64,000 nt of DNA from Camelus ferus (taxonomy: Eukaryota): NCBI RefSeq assembly GCF_009834535.1, contig NC_045696.1, positions 22,632,001 to 22,696,000 of the forward strand. Reading direction: 5' to 3'. A model generated the notes under the pieces. The model saw nothing but the letters and a program-made list of their open reading frames with translations. It searched no databases and was not told the DNA's origin. Positions 1 through 11,772 of this stretch are shown here, piece by piece. The position numbers were made by a program, and so were the translations under genes. Numbering within the stretch: position 1 is the stretch's first letter; each line of letters starts with the position of its first letter.

Positions 1-1560
1 TTGCAATGCAATTCTTCATAATATTCCTTTATTGTTATTTTAATGTCTGTAGCATCAGTAGTGAGTTTCCTGCCTTCACTTATGATATAGACAATATGTA
101 TTTTCTTTCCTTTCTCCTGGCTAGAAGTTTATCAGTTTTATTGATCATCTCAAATGACTTACTTTTGTTCTCATCGATTTTCTCTCTTTATTTCTCTTTC
201 CCTCTGTCTCTCTTTCTCTGTCTGTGTATCTCTGTCTCTGTTTCTCTCTCTGCCTCTATTTATATATAGTCGTTATTCTTCTATTGATTTATGCTCTTTT
301 CTTTATTATTTTATTTCTTTTGCTTACTTTGAATATTATTCACTCTTCTAATGTCTTATTTTGGAAGCTTAGTATATTGATTTCAGAGTTTTCTGTGTCT
401 CTTACATAAGCATTTAAAGCTATAATTATCTTCCTATGAACTGTTTTACTTGCTTCCCATAGATTTTGACATATTGTGTTTTCATTTCTATCTAGTTCAT
501 ATATTTTCTAATTTCCTTTGTGATTTCTTCTTTGACACATCAGTTATTTACAAGCATGTTGTTTTGTTTTAAAGTTATTTATGGATTTTCCATATATTTT
601 TCTGTTATTGATTTCTAGTTTAATTGAACTGTGGTCAGACAACATACTTTTTCATGTTTTGAAAACTTTTGTATTCATTGAGACTTGTTTTATGGCCCAA
701 AATATTTTCTATTTTGGTAAATATTCCAAAAGAATGAATATTTTGCTGTATTTTTTCATCTTTAAAATTTCATTTTGATTTTTAAAATATAAAAAAATCA
801 TGTCTCTCCTTATTGTGTCCACTTTCCTGGACATATGGAGCATATTTATAGTGCCTGTTCTAACAGTCTTGTCTACTGACTCTTTCATGTATGTCATTTC
901 TGCATCTGTTCCTACTGATTGATTTTTCTTCCGCTTTGTACTCCTCGTGTTTTTTGTTTTTAACTGGATGTCACATTGTGAATTTTATATGTGGTGTGCT
1001 AGAGTATTTGCATTTCTTTTAATATTTTTTGGACTTTATTCTGGGAAGCAGTAAGTTACTTAGAAGCATGTTGTTCCTTTCTAGGTGTGGCTTAAAGCAA
1101 TACGCTTCTAAGGACTCTGCCCAATGCCCCACGAGTTAAGAAACTCTCCACTCTGCATGTACCAGTGATGCTCTTGCTCATGAGGAAGGCTCTAGGGGAA
1201 CCCTCTGGAGACCTCTGTGTTCTCTCTCAAGTAGCTGCCTCTCAGCCCTGTGAATCCGAGGTGTATTGGCCTCTCTAGACTCTGAATTTGTCTTTCAACT
1301 CAGAAATACCTTCGGGCTCTCTTTCAGTTCCCTTTCCCTGTGCTATGTTATGAAAACTTCTCTAGATAGTGTGGGGCAATCGTAGAGCTCACCTTGTCCC
1401 TCTCCCCCGCTCCACCCCTGTACCTCAGAGGTCATCATTTCTTGCTGCCTATTGTTCAATATTGAATATCATTGATTTTTAAAAATATTTTGCTGTTTTT
1501 TTTAGTTAAGACAAGGTATTAAGTCTTAGCCATATTATTTCATTCTTCCTGGAGGCAGAA
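1..1560 (-). mobile_element. Old LINE-1 fragments (ORF2 5' part plus ORF1/5' region; L1M-type), degraded
   Basis: T-rich antisense L1 phrases (ctggctagaagtttatcagttttattgatc; ttctagtttaattgaactgtggtcagacaacatac; ttgagacttgttttatggccc). Includes a CT-rich low-complexity patch at ~180-260. Confidence 0.7.
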
Positions 1561-4269
1561 GTAAAAACAGATCACTTTTTTAATGCTAGTCTTACCCTAG
1601 ACATAATGAGAAGTCTGATTCAGGTAGGTTCAGGTTTTGACAACATCAAGTGACCAATTATTTTTAATGCTATTGTATATACCTTTCACCCATTTAAAGT
1701 CTTCTTTTCTATTCTACCCACTTTAGGAGACAATCTAGGTTAAACCCAACTTTCCACATATTTAGTGTCTACACCTGTGCTATTGAACATCCTTGGAAAA
1801 AACACACAAGTAGGACAGATGTTCCCCCTTAAAATTCATGATCATTAACATATTCCTCTTAAGGTCGAAGACTAATATCAAGGTTGTTGAAGAAAATAAA
1901 ACAGTTAAAATAGAGCAATTTGAAGAGTGTTACATAATCTTTATCTTCATAACTGGACAGAGTAAATGTTGCACAAGTGAATCCAATATACAGTTCCTGC
2001 CAAACCTGTACATTTGCAAAGAAGCCTCAGTGCAGGAGGCATTTCTGGAAACTGGTCAGGCACATGGAACTGTGAAGCAGACAGAGCTCATTTTGGCCCA
2101 TGGGATCCTGAGGACATCAGAGCAATTAGAAGTGGAGGTTGGGACTGAACTGAACTGGAGAGTAACATTAGATCTGTCCTCCACTGCCAAATACTTGTTA
2201 GAAATATGAGATCAAAGCCTACCTATTGGCCCAGGGCAAAGTCCCACAGAAGTCTTAACTAATGGAAAAAAAATGGACTATATATTTTTTAAAAAAGCTT
2301 TTAATAGAAAATAGACTTAAAATAAAAGCTTTTATTGAATTCTGTTGTTTTTTCATTTATGCTAAGATTTTACCAAGAATGGTAGGTGGCATTTTATATC
2401 AAATATTAATTGCATTCCATTTCAAGTGGGACTTAGTCACCATTAACTTGTACAACATGAATGTGCACATTTTCATTACACTCCTTTACTCACTTCTCTA
2501 ATTCTGGCTTTGACACTTGGGCATACAATAATGCTAAGAAATACATGCCTAGGAAATATTTGAACTTTTAACATCTATTTAAAATTAAACAAAACAAATA
2601 CTTTATTGAGGGTAAAAATGGACTCTAGACTCAGACTGAAGCAACATAAATTGTGACTTAAAAGGATGTTTGCCTTTTTAATTTTTTTAGATTTCATACT
2701 AGCCTAATTTTGCTAACTACAACCATATGTTAGAGTTAGAGTCAGGGCAGAGAGCAGAAAGTAGCTATGCTGTAAATTCGAGGAACAGTGTTAATGTCTT
2801 ATGAAATATACTTACTGAGAACTGGAAGTTTTAGCACCACTTTCTGTTCCAAAAATCTATTATTATGTTAGATAAGATCTTTGATCATCGGTGCCTCAGC
2901 TCAGGCAATATTGTAAGGTTATCTTGAGACAAAGGATTATTAGAGAATCTGAGGAATTTTCATGGGTCAAGTAACATCAGGGTGAGCCTGCCTGGAGTGG
3001 AGCTGTGGCAGGAGGTCCCTTTTGCACACTAAGGGAGCTAGGAGCTATGATTTGCTACTTCTCACCATCTAAGGAATTTAAATTTATTTACAATATAATC
3101 TCTTTAGTCACTGTAATATCTGGCAGGCAATGCTGTTAAAACACAACTGACCAATAACATAATTTCCACTAAATAAATGTATTGTGGCTGCAAAAAGTTT
3201 AGAGACTCCTTGCCCACAGCCAGTTACTGAGTCAGCACTGGGCCAGGGATGGAAATAGAAAATTCAGTGACTTATATATCTTCAGTATTTTTGCACACAC
3301 AGAAAACTAGTCCATGAGATGAATGACATACAGCATGCTGAGTCTTTGTTCTCCCTCTAGATTGCATTAGCTTACCTTCATTGGTTTTTGCCCAAGTTAA
3401 TTTTACCTATTAGGTCTGTGAAAAACATGGCCATGTCCTTGAGGCCTCTGGACATGCACACTGAAACAAATCAATTATTTGAAATGCTACAGTATAAATA
3501 CTATCAGAATAAGCTTCTTGGGAGAAGAAAGGTGTCATATAATTCAAAGCAATTTATAAATATCTTCTTTCAGACACAGTGTGAGACCTGATCCAAACTT
3601 CTTTGAAGGAGGTTTAAATAGAGCTGCCGATATTATGATTACATTTTCTCTTGTTTCATGCCTAGAGTAATATTAAGGCATCAGAGTTCAAGTGTTTTCT
3701 CTAATATGAGTGGAGCAGTATAAAAAATAATGTAATCACTTAGAAAGGAATGTATGTAGAAAATTACTTTGAGTCAGATAGCTCAGCTTGTAAAGTAGAG
3801 ATTTATTCCCACTGGGATAGTGGAATCTTCGTTGAAATTTCAATGCTGTTTTTTGAGTACTGAAAAATACAAGATTCTGAAGTGAATGCACTTTAGATAT
3901 TAAGTGAACATGATCAAAGTTTTAATATATTGTTACCATGCATAATGAGGGAATTAGGGAAGGCAATTCTGGAAGTTAGCATAATAGCAATTGCAAAGAA
4001 GGCTTTTATGAGCAATGCATATTAAGTAAGTGGCGTAAAAATATTGATTAAAATAAGTTTACATAAGTATTAAGGAAACTATAATTACGTGTGTAGTTCC
4101 TGAATTAAAGCACCTATCTATACAAACATAAGGAAGAAAATAGTTTAAACTCAGTATCCTGAAAAGTAAAATAGTTTAGTATCAAGATGACCATAAGCTA
4201 GTCATTAAAATTAGAAGCTGACATTGATAAAGTACCCAACTTTCAATGTTAACATTGTGTTTTGTGCTA

Positions 4270-4820
4270 GACAAATTAAGATCACAATTTTCCATCTCAA
4301 AGGAGATCAGCATTCACAACCTAGTGAGAGAAATAGACAAAAAAATCATTACAATGAAGTGGAATAAATGTATTTTCTGAGAGAGGTATGAAAAAGACTC
4401 TATGGGGTCTCAGAAGAAGTTATTAAATCTATATTTGTTTGGAAATGAGAAGGCTTTGAGTGGCTTTATCTGGAATGTAACTGGAAAAACATGCAGGAAT
4501 TACATTTTTAAAATGTGCCTGGCCTAGGATATTAAAAATAAACCATATTCTTCATTTTATTATTTTTATTTTCATTATCATCTAAGTAAAATGAGGATAA
4601 AGACATTCTACTGAAGGTTGAATCACATGTATAAAATATGACAAATAGGAGACAGCATGGCATAGTTAAGAAACGCCAAGTGTTGTGTATGAAGTGTGTA
4701 GGGTGTGAAGAAGAGAGGAAAAGGATGAAGTTGGAAAGAATCATCAGTTCAGATTCTGAAGGCAGAACTTAGATTTTTATATCCAAAGGAAGTGAGAAAC
4801 ATTGAAAATAATATGGAGAG
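4270..4820 (-). mobile_element. L2 LINE fragment
   Basis: Purine-rich antisense L2 3'-region phrasing (ctagtgagagaaatagac; aaggcagaacttagatttttat). Confidence 0.5.
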
Positions 4821-5023
4821 AATCATTTTATTTGCCTGTTTCTTGTTATTATTTAACTTAAAAAAGTAACATACTTGTGTGAATTAAGAATAAGCATATC
4901 ATTTAAAAGGATATAAAATAAAAATTAAGTATCTTCCTTCTTCCCATCATACCTCTGAGTCCAGCTTCCCATTTTCGAACATTTTTAGTTGATTCTCTTT
5001 CAGGTCTCTGCAAGCTTACAATC

Positions 5024-5528
5024 TGTGCTTAGACGCCTCCTGTGTCACACTTCAAAACATCTCAGCCCCACGTTGACTCCAGCCACTGCTCCAGCAGTCA
5101 GTTCTGTGCAGATTTCCACCAGCCTCATGCAGATGTAACCTGTGAGCATCTCTCCTCTGTCCTGTGCTCACTTTTTGTTTCCTGTGCCAAGGCTGACTGA
5201 TGCTATAGAGAACCAGCTCAGCACTCACGTGTGTGGAACACAGATGTGTGGGGACTCCAAGCACACAGGGCCACTATTAGCCAACAGTTGTTGGGAGTCA
5301 ATAAGTGACAAATTTCATAAAATTCGTTAGATGATCCAGCAAGCAAGGGCACTGATTGCCTGAAGGAGTAGGCAAATCCATTGTTTGTCTTTGTATTAGC
5401 TTTCCTTACTCTCCTCTTTCACAATCCCTATGCCTAACTCCTAGTTCCTGAGCCTACTTCACAAATAAATTACCTGAACACACACCTCTGCCCCAGAACG
5501 TGATATGTGGAGAACCCATGCTACAACA
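5024..5528 (+). mobile_element. ERVL 5' LTR (LTR16-like)
   Basis: Starts TG and ends CA (ccatgctacaaca). Poly(A) signal context cacaaataaattacctg at ~5460. LTR16-like core ccagccactgctccagcagtcagttctgtgcag. Followed directly by ERVL-type internal sequence. Confidence 0.7.
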
Positions 5529-5789
5529 ACTAGCTCTGGGAATAGCCTTAAAAGCACACACCCTGGATGGGATTTTGGAGCAGGATCATTTACTGTTAAA
5601 AAAGTAATAGTGAATCAGTTCCCACTCTTAAGAAGATGAAGATATCTCCTGTCCTGTCATAGCATAAAAGTACTGAGTCTCATCTCTTTTAGGCAGGATT
5701 CTCCAGAGAAGCAAAAAATAAGATGTGTGTATGAAGAGAGAGATTTATGTTGAGGAATTGGTCACACAGTCGTGGAGGATTGCAAGTCC

Positions 5790-7945
5790 CCTTCTTGTGA
5801 GGCAGCGCTAGTGGTCATGTACTTTCTCCGTTTTTGTTTATCTGAGAAGATCTTTATCTCTCCTTCATTTCTTCTAAAGGAGAGTTTTTCTGGGCATAGT
5901 ATTCTTGGTTGGCTTTTTTTTTTTTAAAATCAGTCCTTTGTATCATCCCACTCTCAGTTGCCTGCAAAATTTCTTCTTAAAAACCTGCTAATGGTCTCAT
6001 GGCGGGGGGGGGGGGGAGGGGTCCATTGAATGCAATAAATCACTTTTCTCTTGACATTTTTAGAATTTTCCCTTTATCTTTAACTTTTGACTATTTAATT
6101 ATAATGTGGTTTTTGTGTAGATCTTTTCCGTTTCATCTTATTTGGAAACCTTTAGGCTTCATACATCTGGATGCCCATTTCCCTCTGCAGATTTGGAAAG
6201 TTTTTAGCCATTATTTCATCAAATAATCTTTTTTCCCCTTCTCCCTCTCTTTTCCTTCTGGGACACCCATAATGCATGTATTGTTTCTTTTGAAAGTGTC
6301 TCATTAATCTTATAGGCTATTTTCACTCTTCTTTTTTTCTGTTTCTCTGACTGAATAATTTCAAACAATTTATCTTTGAGTTCACTAATTCTTTCTTCTA
6401 CCTGATTGTGTCTGCTGTTGAAGCTCTATATTGACATCTTCAGTTCAGTCATTATATTCATCAGCTCTAAGATTCCTATTCAGTCTTTTTTTTATGGTCT
6501 CTATTTCTTTGTTGAATTTCTCATTTTGTTCATGTATTATTTTCCTGATTTTATTTAATTGTTTTTCTGTGTTTTCTTGTTCACTGGGCTTCTTTAAAAT
6601 GATTATTTTGATATTAAGTAGTTTATAGGTCTCTGTTTCTTTAGGGTCAGTTACCGGAGCTTTATTGGTTTCCTTTGGTGATATTATGTTTCTCTGCTTC
6701 TTCCTGATCCTTTTATCCTTGCATTCTGTCCTTGCATTGAATGTTACAGGCTGACTTTGTCAGGGAAAGCATTCACCAGTCAGCTGGCCTAGGATTCAGG
6801 GTGAGCCAGTTTGGGGGTATTCATAATTGGGTAGAACATAATGCTGGGTGCTGTGATCAGCTGGGATTCTAAGGTTGTGGGGAATTTGTTACCAGGGTTC
6901 ATGGTCAGCGGCGACCCACTGTCAGGGTTTCATGGTTGGTCAGAGACTACTGTTGGGGTTTCATAGTCAGATGAGGTTCCTTAATGAGGCTCTACAGTCA
7001 GATAAGGCCAGTGGCAGGGATCCATAGTGAGGTGAGGCTACTGAAAAAGCTTTGCTAGTTGGGCAAAACCAGTAAGCAGGGCTCTGCAGCTATACTGGTG
7101 GGATTCCAAGATCGGATGAGGCTACTGATGGGGTTCTTTGGTCAGATGAAGCTTCTGGCAAGGCTTCTTAGTGGGGCCAGCCTCCTTATGGGGCTCCATG
7201 GTTAAGCAGAGACAGCAGGCAGGGCTCTGTGGTCCCAAGTTCCCTGAAAGGGCTCCTGACTAGACTCTGTGATTAGGTAAAGATTATAAGGAGGCTCCTT
7301 AGTTGCAAGGCTGCTGGCATGGCTCCCTGGTGGGACAGAGGCTCCTGACAGCCCTCTGGGGTGGCTGGGAAAGTTCTTGGCCTGGTAACCATCTGTAGAA
7401 GGGGAGGCTCCCTGATTGGACAAAGCTAGCAAGGACCTGGAGGGGCTGCAGTTTGGCAGGACTGAAAAAGCCACTGGTGGAGATTAAGGGGCCAGTTCCA
7501 AGATTCCCACTTGCTGGTAACTGAAAGTTTTGATCCTTTTATTTGTTCCTGGCCCCGCTAGTCAGGCTATCCATGACAGTTACCCCAGTGTTCTGCATGA
7601 GTTGAGATGTAAGTGGGCCACTAAGATAGTGTCAAATGCTAAGGAAGTTAGATGTTCACCTTGGTCTTTCTTTCACCAGGGGCCTGGGGGATCCTTCTCA
7701 GTCCCGTGCTATGGTGGCTTGAGGGATAAATGATACGGATAAAGTACTCTTCTTACCCATTTTGATGCAGTTTTTAAATTTGTTTTTTGCTCCACTGGTG
7801 TGCTATAACCTTTCCCCTGGGTTCCATAATTCTCACAAAGGTATTTTTATTCGTGCATAGTTGCTTAATCAGTGTTCCTGTTGTGGGGAAGGGGGTGTTG
7901 GCTAGGACTGGGAACCTCATATTCTTCCATCTTTCTGACATCCCT
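5790..7945 (-). mobile_element. LINE-1 5'UTR + ORF1 fragment lacking ORF2 and 3' end
   Basis: Antisense ORF1 phrases (ttatctgagaagatctttatctctccttcatt; tttggaaagtttttagccattattt; ttccttctgggacacccataatg). GC-richer 5' region at 6780-7945. Confidence 0.75.
6890..7350. repeat. Degenerate ~31-bp tandem array inside the L1 5' region
   Basis: Units of the form ggg(c/t)tc..(t/a)gtcagatgaggctact begin at about 6895, 6925, 6956, 6988, 7017, 7049, 7100, 7131, 7162, 7191, 7222. Confidence 0.7.
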
Positions 7946-10739
7946 GAGACTGGCAAGTCCAAAATATGCAGAGTGGGCTGGTAGATGGGAGACCCAGGAA
8001 GAAATGATGCTGCAGTTGAGGTCTGAAGGTTGTCAGGCTAGGGAGTCAATGTTGCAGTTCATGTCCAAAGGCTGTCTGCTGGCAGAATTTCTTCTTGCTT
8101 GAGGGAAGCCAGTCTTTTGTTCTGCTTTGATGTGGTCCACCCACGTTATGGGGGGCAACTTTAATCAAGGTCCACCAATTTAAATATTAATCTCATCCAA
8201 AAACACCCTCAGAGAAACCTCTAGAATGATGTTTGACCACATATCTGGCATCATCACCCAGTCAAGTTGACACAGAAAATTAACCATCACACACCTGTGA
8301 TGGATTCAAATAAAAGTGTAGGGGGACGAGAAAGTGTTGAGTTACGCAGAAACTGTTGCTCTTGAATGAAAGGGAACAATGGAAATTCTAAGGGGTGTGG
8401 AGCTGTCTGGCTATCGTAAACTGCTTTGGATGCACTGCAAAAAGGAAATGACTAGTTCATATTAGTTAATGATCAACCCAAGGCATACTGCCAAAGCCAG
8501 AGCTGCTGTATGGCAGCTTCTAAGGACATTTTTACCTATATTTGCAGGAAACATTTTTCTGAAAATTAGGCCCAGCATCTAATTGTAAGTGTAGTGGAGC
8601 AATGCAGAATGCATGGCCTTGACAGTTCCCTTATGTCAGAAACAAGGCCTTGATGAGAAGGGACTGTGAGCCAGAAACGTAGGAAGAAGACATTATGGCT
8701 GGCAAATCTGGCACTATTGAACAGCCAGGTTTCCCCTAATTTTCTGTGCTAGCAAAGAATCTGCCTACTAGAGGGGGAAAAAATGACTACTCTTGCTTGG
8801 AGAACCTAAGAAATCCTCAACCAAGACCAGCATCTCAGAACTTGATGTTTTATAAAGTCTGCAACTTCCGCCTTCACCATTCCCCATTTCCTCCAGCCCA
8901 CATGGTGATAAGAGCTGAACATAGCCTTAGCTATGAAATGAAGTTCTTGCTATGGTAAGAAAATAGCTCACAAACCAAAGAACTTGCAAGATTTGGCTAA
9001 CGTGTGTCATGAGAAACCAGAGGAAAATGTGTGGACTCTTGAGGATGTCAGAATTCAAGGACTAAATGATAAACCTGGGTAGGGAAAAACTTATTGGCAT
9101 GGGGGCCAAGTTCTGAAGCCCTGGTAAGTTTAACCTATTCAGATATGCCTTGGAATGGCTTCTCATAGATTGGACATAACAATGGTCTTCAATAATAAAA
9201 TGGAGATACTGAGACAGCTTTAACATGACATTAAAAAAGGGGCTGGAAACCTCAGGGAAATGGGCATGTTTGAATGGTTTTACTATGTGAGGCCAGAGAA
9301 CCTATCTACTAACTGTATCCCAGGAGGTTCCAGAAGACATTCTCTTTGCCTAGACAATAAGAAATGTACTAGTGAGACAGATACGAGCTTCTTGGAGAAT
9401 CAGTGGTAGTTAACATCTGTAGGTTGGGATTAGGAGTGGAAGACAATGCTGTGAGACTGGGGTCCCTATAATAAAGAACATGGGATTCAAGAAAGGTGGA
9501 TGCCAGCTTGAAGCACATAATTAGATATAATTACTGAAAATGTGCAGCAGAATTGAAAATACTAAATACCCGGATTTCCCTAAATTATCAGTGCTAGCAA
9601 AGAGTCAGCTTGCTAGGGGAAAACAATCAGGATATTTTGTCTCACAGTGAATTCTGGGCAAAACTAATGGATTATGGTATCCCACGGTGCTTGATAGACG
9701 ATCAGTCAAGTATAGTACTTTTTGACTTACATTAACAAGAACAACAAAAATAGAATTTCTGGTGAGCAGAAGTCTGAAGTTAGAGACTGCAAAGGAAAAA
9801 ATCACAGTGTCTCACCCAGTTTCCAAACATAAGTCACTTCACACACCCAGAACCCACTGATTGAAAAGAGGCCAGATTGCACTGAGAAAAATCTTTGCAA
9901 TAGCAACATATACAATTCTGAGAGAAATTCTAATCTTTCCCCAGATGGCTGTAGTTATTTACCACAGTAGCTCTTCTGGGGAAAGGGTAATACCTAGACT
10001 CCATGAGGACTGTTTGAATAAAGATCTTAGATAACACTGATACCAAATTACCCAAAACGCCATTAAGGTCTTCTGGATAAAGTGGGGGCTAATGGAGTCC
10101 AGATTATAAATGGAACTCTGGCTCAAGTTATTTTCTTGATTAACTCAGTGGTCCATGTATGCACTCTGAGCATATTTCCATGGCTACTGAGTGTATATTT
10201 TATGACTGGCAAAACTCTGAAATTTATTTCCTGATCTGTGAAGAGCCATCATTGTAGGAAGGGTCAAGTGGATACCCCTTAATCTGCTTCTTCTCTCCCA
10301 GCAAAAACAAACAAAAAAAAAATCAGAAGCAGCAATACATCCCCAAAAGAACTTCATAGAGTAGTGCTGCCATGAAGGATTTAAAGGATTGTGGAGAGAG
10401 GAATCATATCTCCATTTAATCTACCTCTGTGGCCCCTGCAAACACAAATTGATCATGACATTGTGATGCAATAACATAGAGTTAAACAAATGGTACCCAG
10501 CTCTCAATTTCTTTGTTGGGTATGGTATCTTCACTAAAAAACATAAACACAACCTCTAGCACTTCATATATAGCTATTAATTTGGTGAATGTAATCTTCT
10601 TAATGCCAATCAACAGAGGATTAAATTCAGCTTGCTTTCACAGAAAGGACAACTGTAGACATTCACTTGCCTGAGGTCTTTTGCTTTTGATCAGAGTCTT
10701 GATTATGTTGACATTAGATAGAACACATTGTTGGCTTTA

Positions 10740-11016
10740 CCAGGGGGCCTGGGAGTAGATGGATAAATGCCTTCCTGTTTCATTTCCTGGGAGATTAATG
10801 TGAAATAATTTTTCTAATGCTCCCCAGAAAACGCATTAGAACTGAGTTTTAATCATCTGTTGTGGTAGCCAACTCAATAACCCGTTCATATATTTGCTTT
10901 TCTTCCTTCCCTGTTTCAATCACTGTTTTTCTCATTCCTGGAATCACTTCCCAAATAAATTGCATTTATTAAAGCCTTAGTCTGAAGCTCTGCTTTGGAG
11001 AAAACCAGACTAAATA
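10740..11016 (+). mobile_element. ERVL 3' LTR, 3' half (LTR16-like)
   Basis: ttccttccctgtttcaatcact...cttcccaaataaattgc...ctctgctttggagaaaaccagactaaata parallels the 3' part of the 5024-5528 LTR. Confidence 0.7.
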
Positions 11017-11580
11017 TTTCACTACAGGACTAAATAATAAATACCTTTATCTTGAGTCACTGTATTATCCCCATTTGAAAGAGAATTATTTTAGGGTTTT
11101 TTCTCTTATCCCTTTCATTTTTCTCTTTCACCTTGATAAATATATTATTATAAATTCATCCATTGGTTTCCTGTAGCACATTAAAATATATTTATATTTC
11201 TATGTAAGAATTTTCAAATTTAGACAAGTTTCTACTAACTTCACTATGTAAAATGAAAACATGGTACTCTAAAAAAACCTTCCTTTCCATTCTCCTTGGT
11301 GCTACCTCTAGCTTTGTTTAATCTAGTCTCCATATCCTGTAATTTTTTTCCTCATGATTTTCCTTTCTATCTTTTTTGATCCAATTTATAAGAGAATTCC
11401 CTGACCCTGTCTGTTAGGCTAGAGTCTTTAGCTATTTAGTCATTTTTGTACTCAGCAATTTAATTTTCAATCTGGAAATTATACTTCTAACATTAAAAAA
11501 AATCCAAGTTTTCTTTATAGTTTCTTTGTGTTCCCTTTTGCATATGATATCCACCCCTCACTCCTGGAGTTTCTAGCACA

Positions 11581-11772
11581 TAAGACTGCCAGATTCAGCA
11601 AATAAAAATACAGGATACCTAGTCACGCTCAAACTCCAGAGTAACAAATGACCTTTAATATAAAGATACCCCAAGCAGTACTTAGGATATGCATATACTA
11701 AAAAAATCCTACTCATTGCTCACCTGAAACTGAAATCTAGCTCAGAATCCTGCACTTTATCTGGAAACCCTA
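11581..11772. mobile_element. MER53 palindromic non-autonomous hAT element
   Basis: TIR-like ends taagactgccagat / atctggaaacccta; internal symmetry; perfect 8-bp TSD ctagcaca at 11573-11580 and 11773-11780. Confidence 0.9.

Larger units (their letters stand above)
5685..8291 (-). mobile_element. MLT2 (ERVL) solo LTR split by an L1 insertion (pieces 5685-5789 and 7946-8291)
   Basis: Left piece aggcaggattctccagagaag...gagatttatgttgaggaattgg; right piece ends cccagtcaagttgacacagaaaattaaccatcaca, the antisense MLT2 terminus. Confidence 0.85.
5529..10735 (+). mobile_element. ERVL internal region (decayed gag-pro-RT), interrupted by MLT2 and L1 at 5685-8291
   Basis: Remnant translations: EKPEENVW (~9011, gag); WGKGNT*TP*GLFE (~9977, ERVL protease lead-in WGKGNxQTFRGLLD); SPFNLPLWPLQT (~10409, RT SPFNSPIWPV); YIAINLVNVIFLMPI (~10567, RT YAAIDLANAFFSIP). 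Many stops and frameshifts. Confidence 0.85.

Noticed and set aside
6..897. Hydrophobic Phe/Leu/Ser-rich ORFs resembling membrane proteins
   Set aside because: Artefact of T-rich antisense L1 and CT low-complexity sequence.
1838..2209. Longest ORF in the track (123 aa)
   Set aside because: No recognisable domain or homology, no supporting exon structure; length is compatible with chance in 64 kb.
6890..7350. Periodic repeats as a CRISPR-like array
   Set aside because: Units are contiguous and degenerate, with no unique spacers, inside a mammalian L1.
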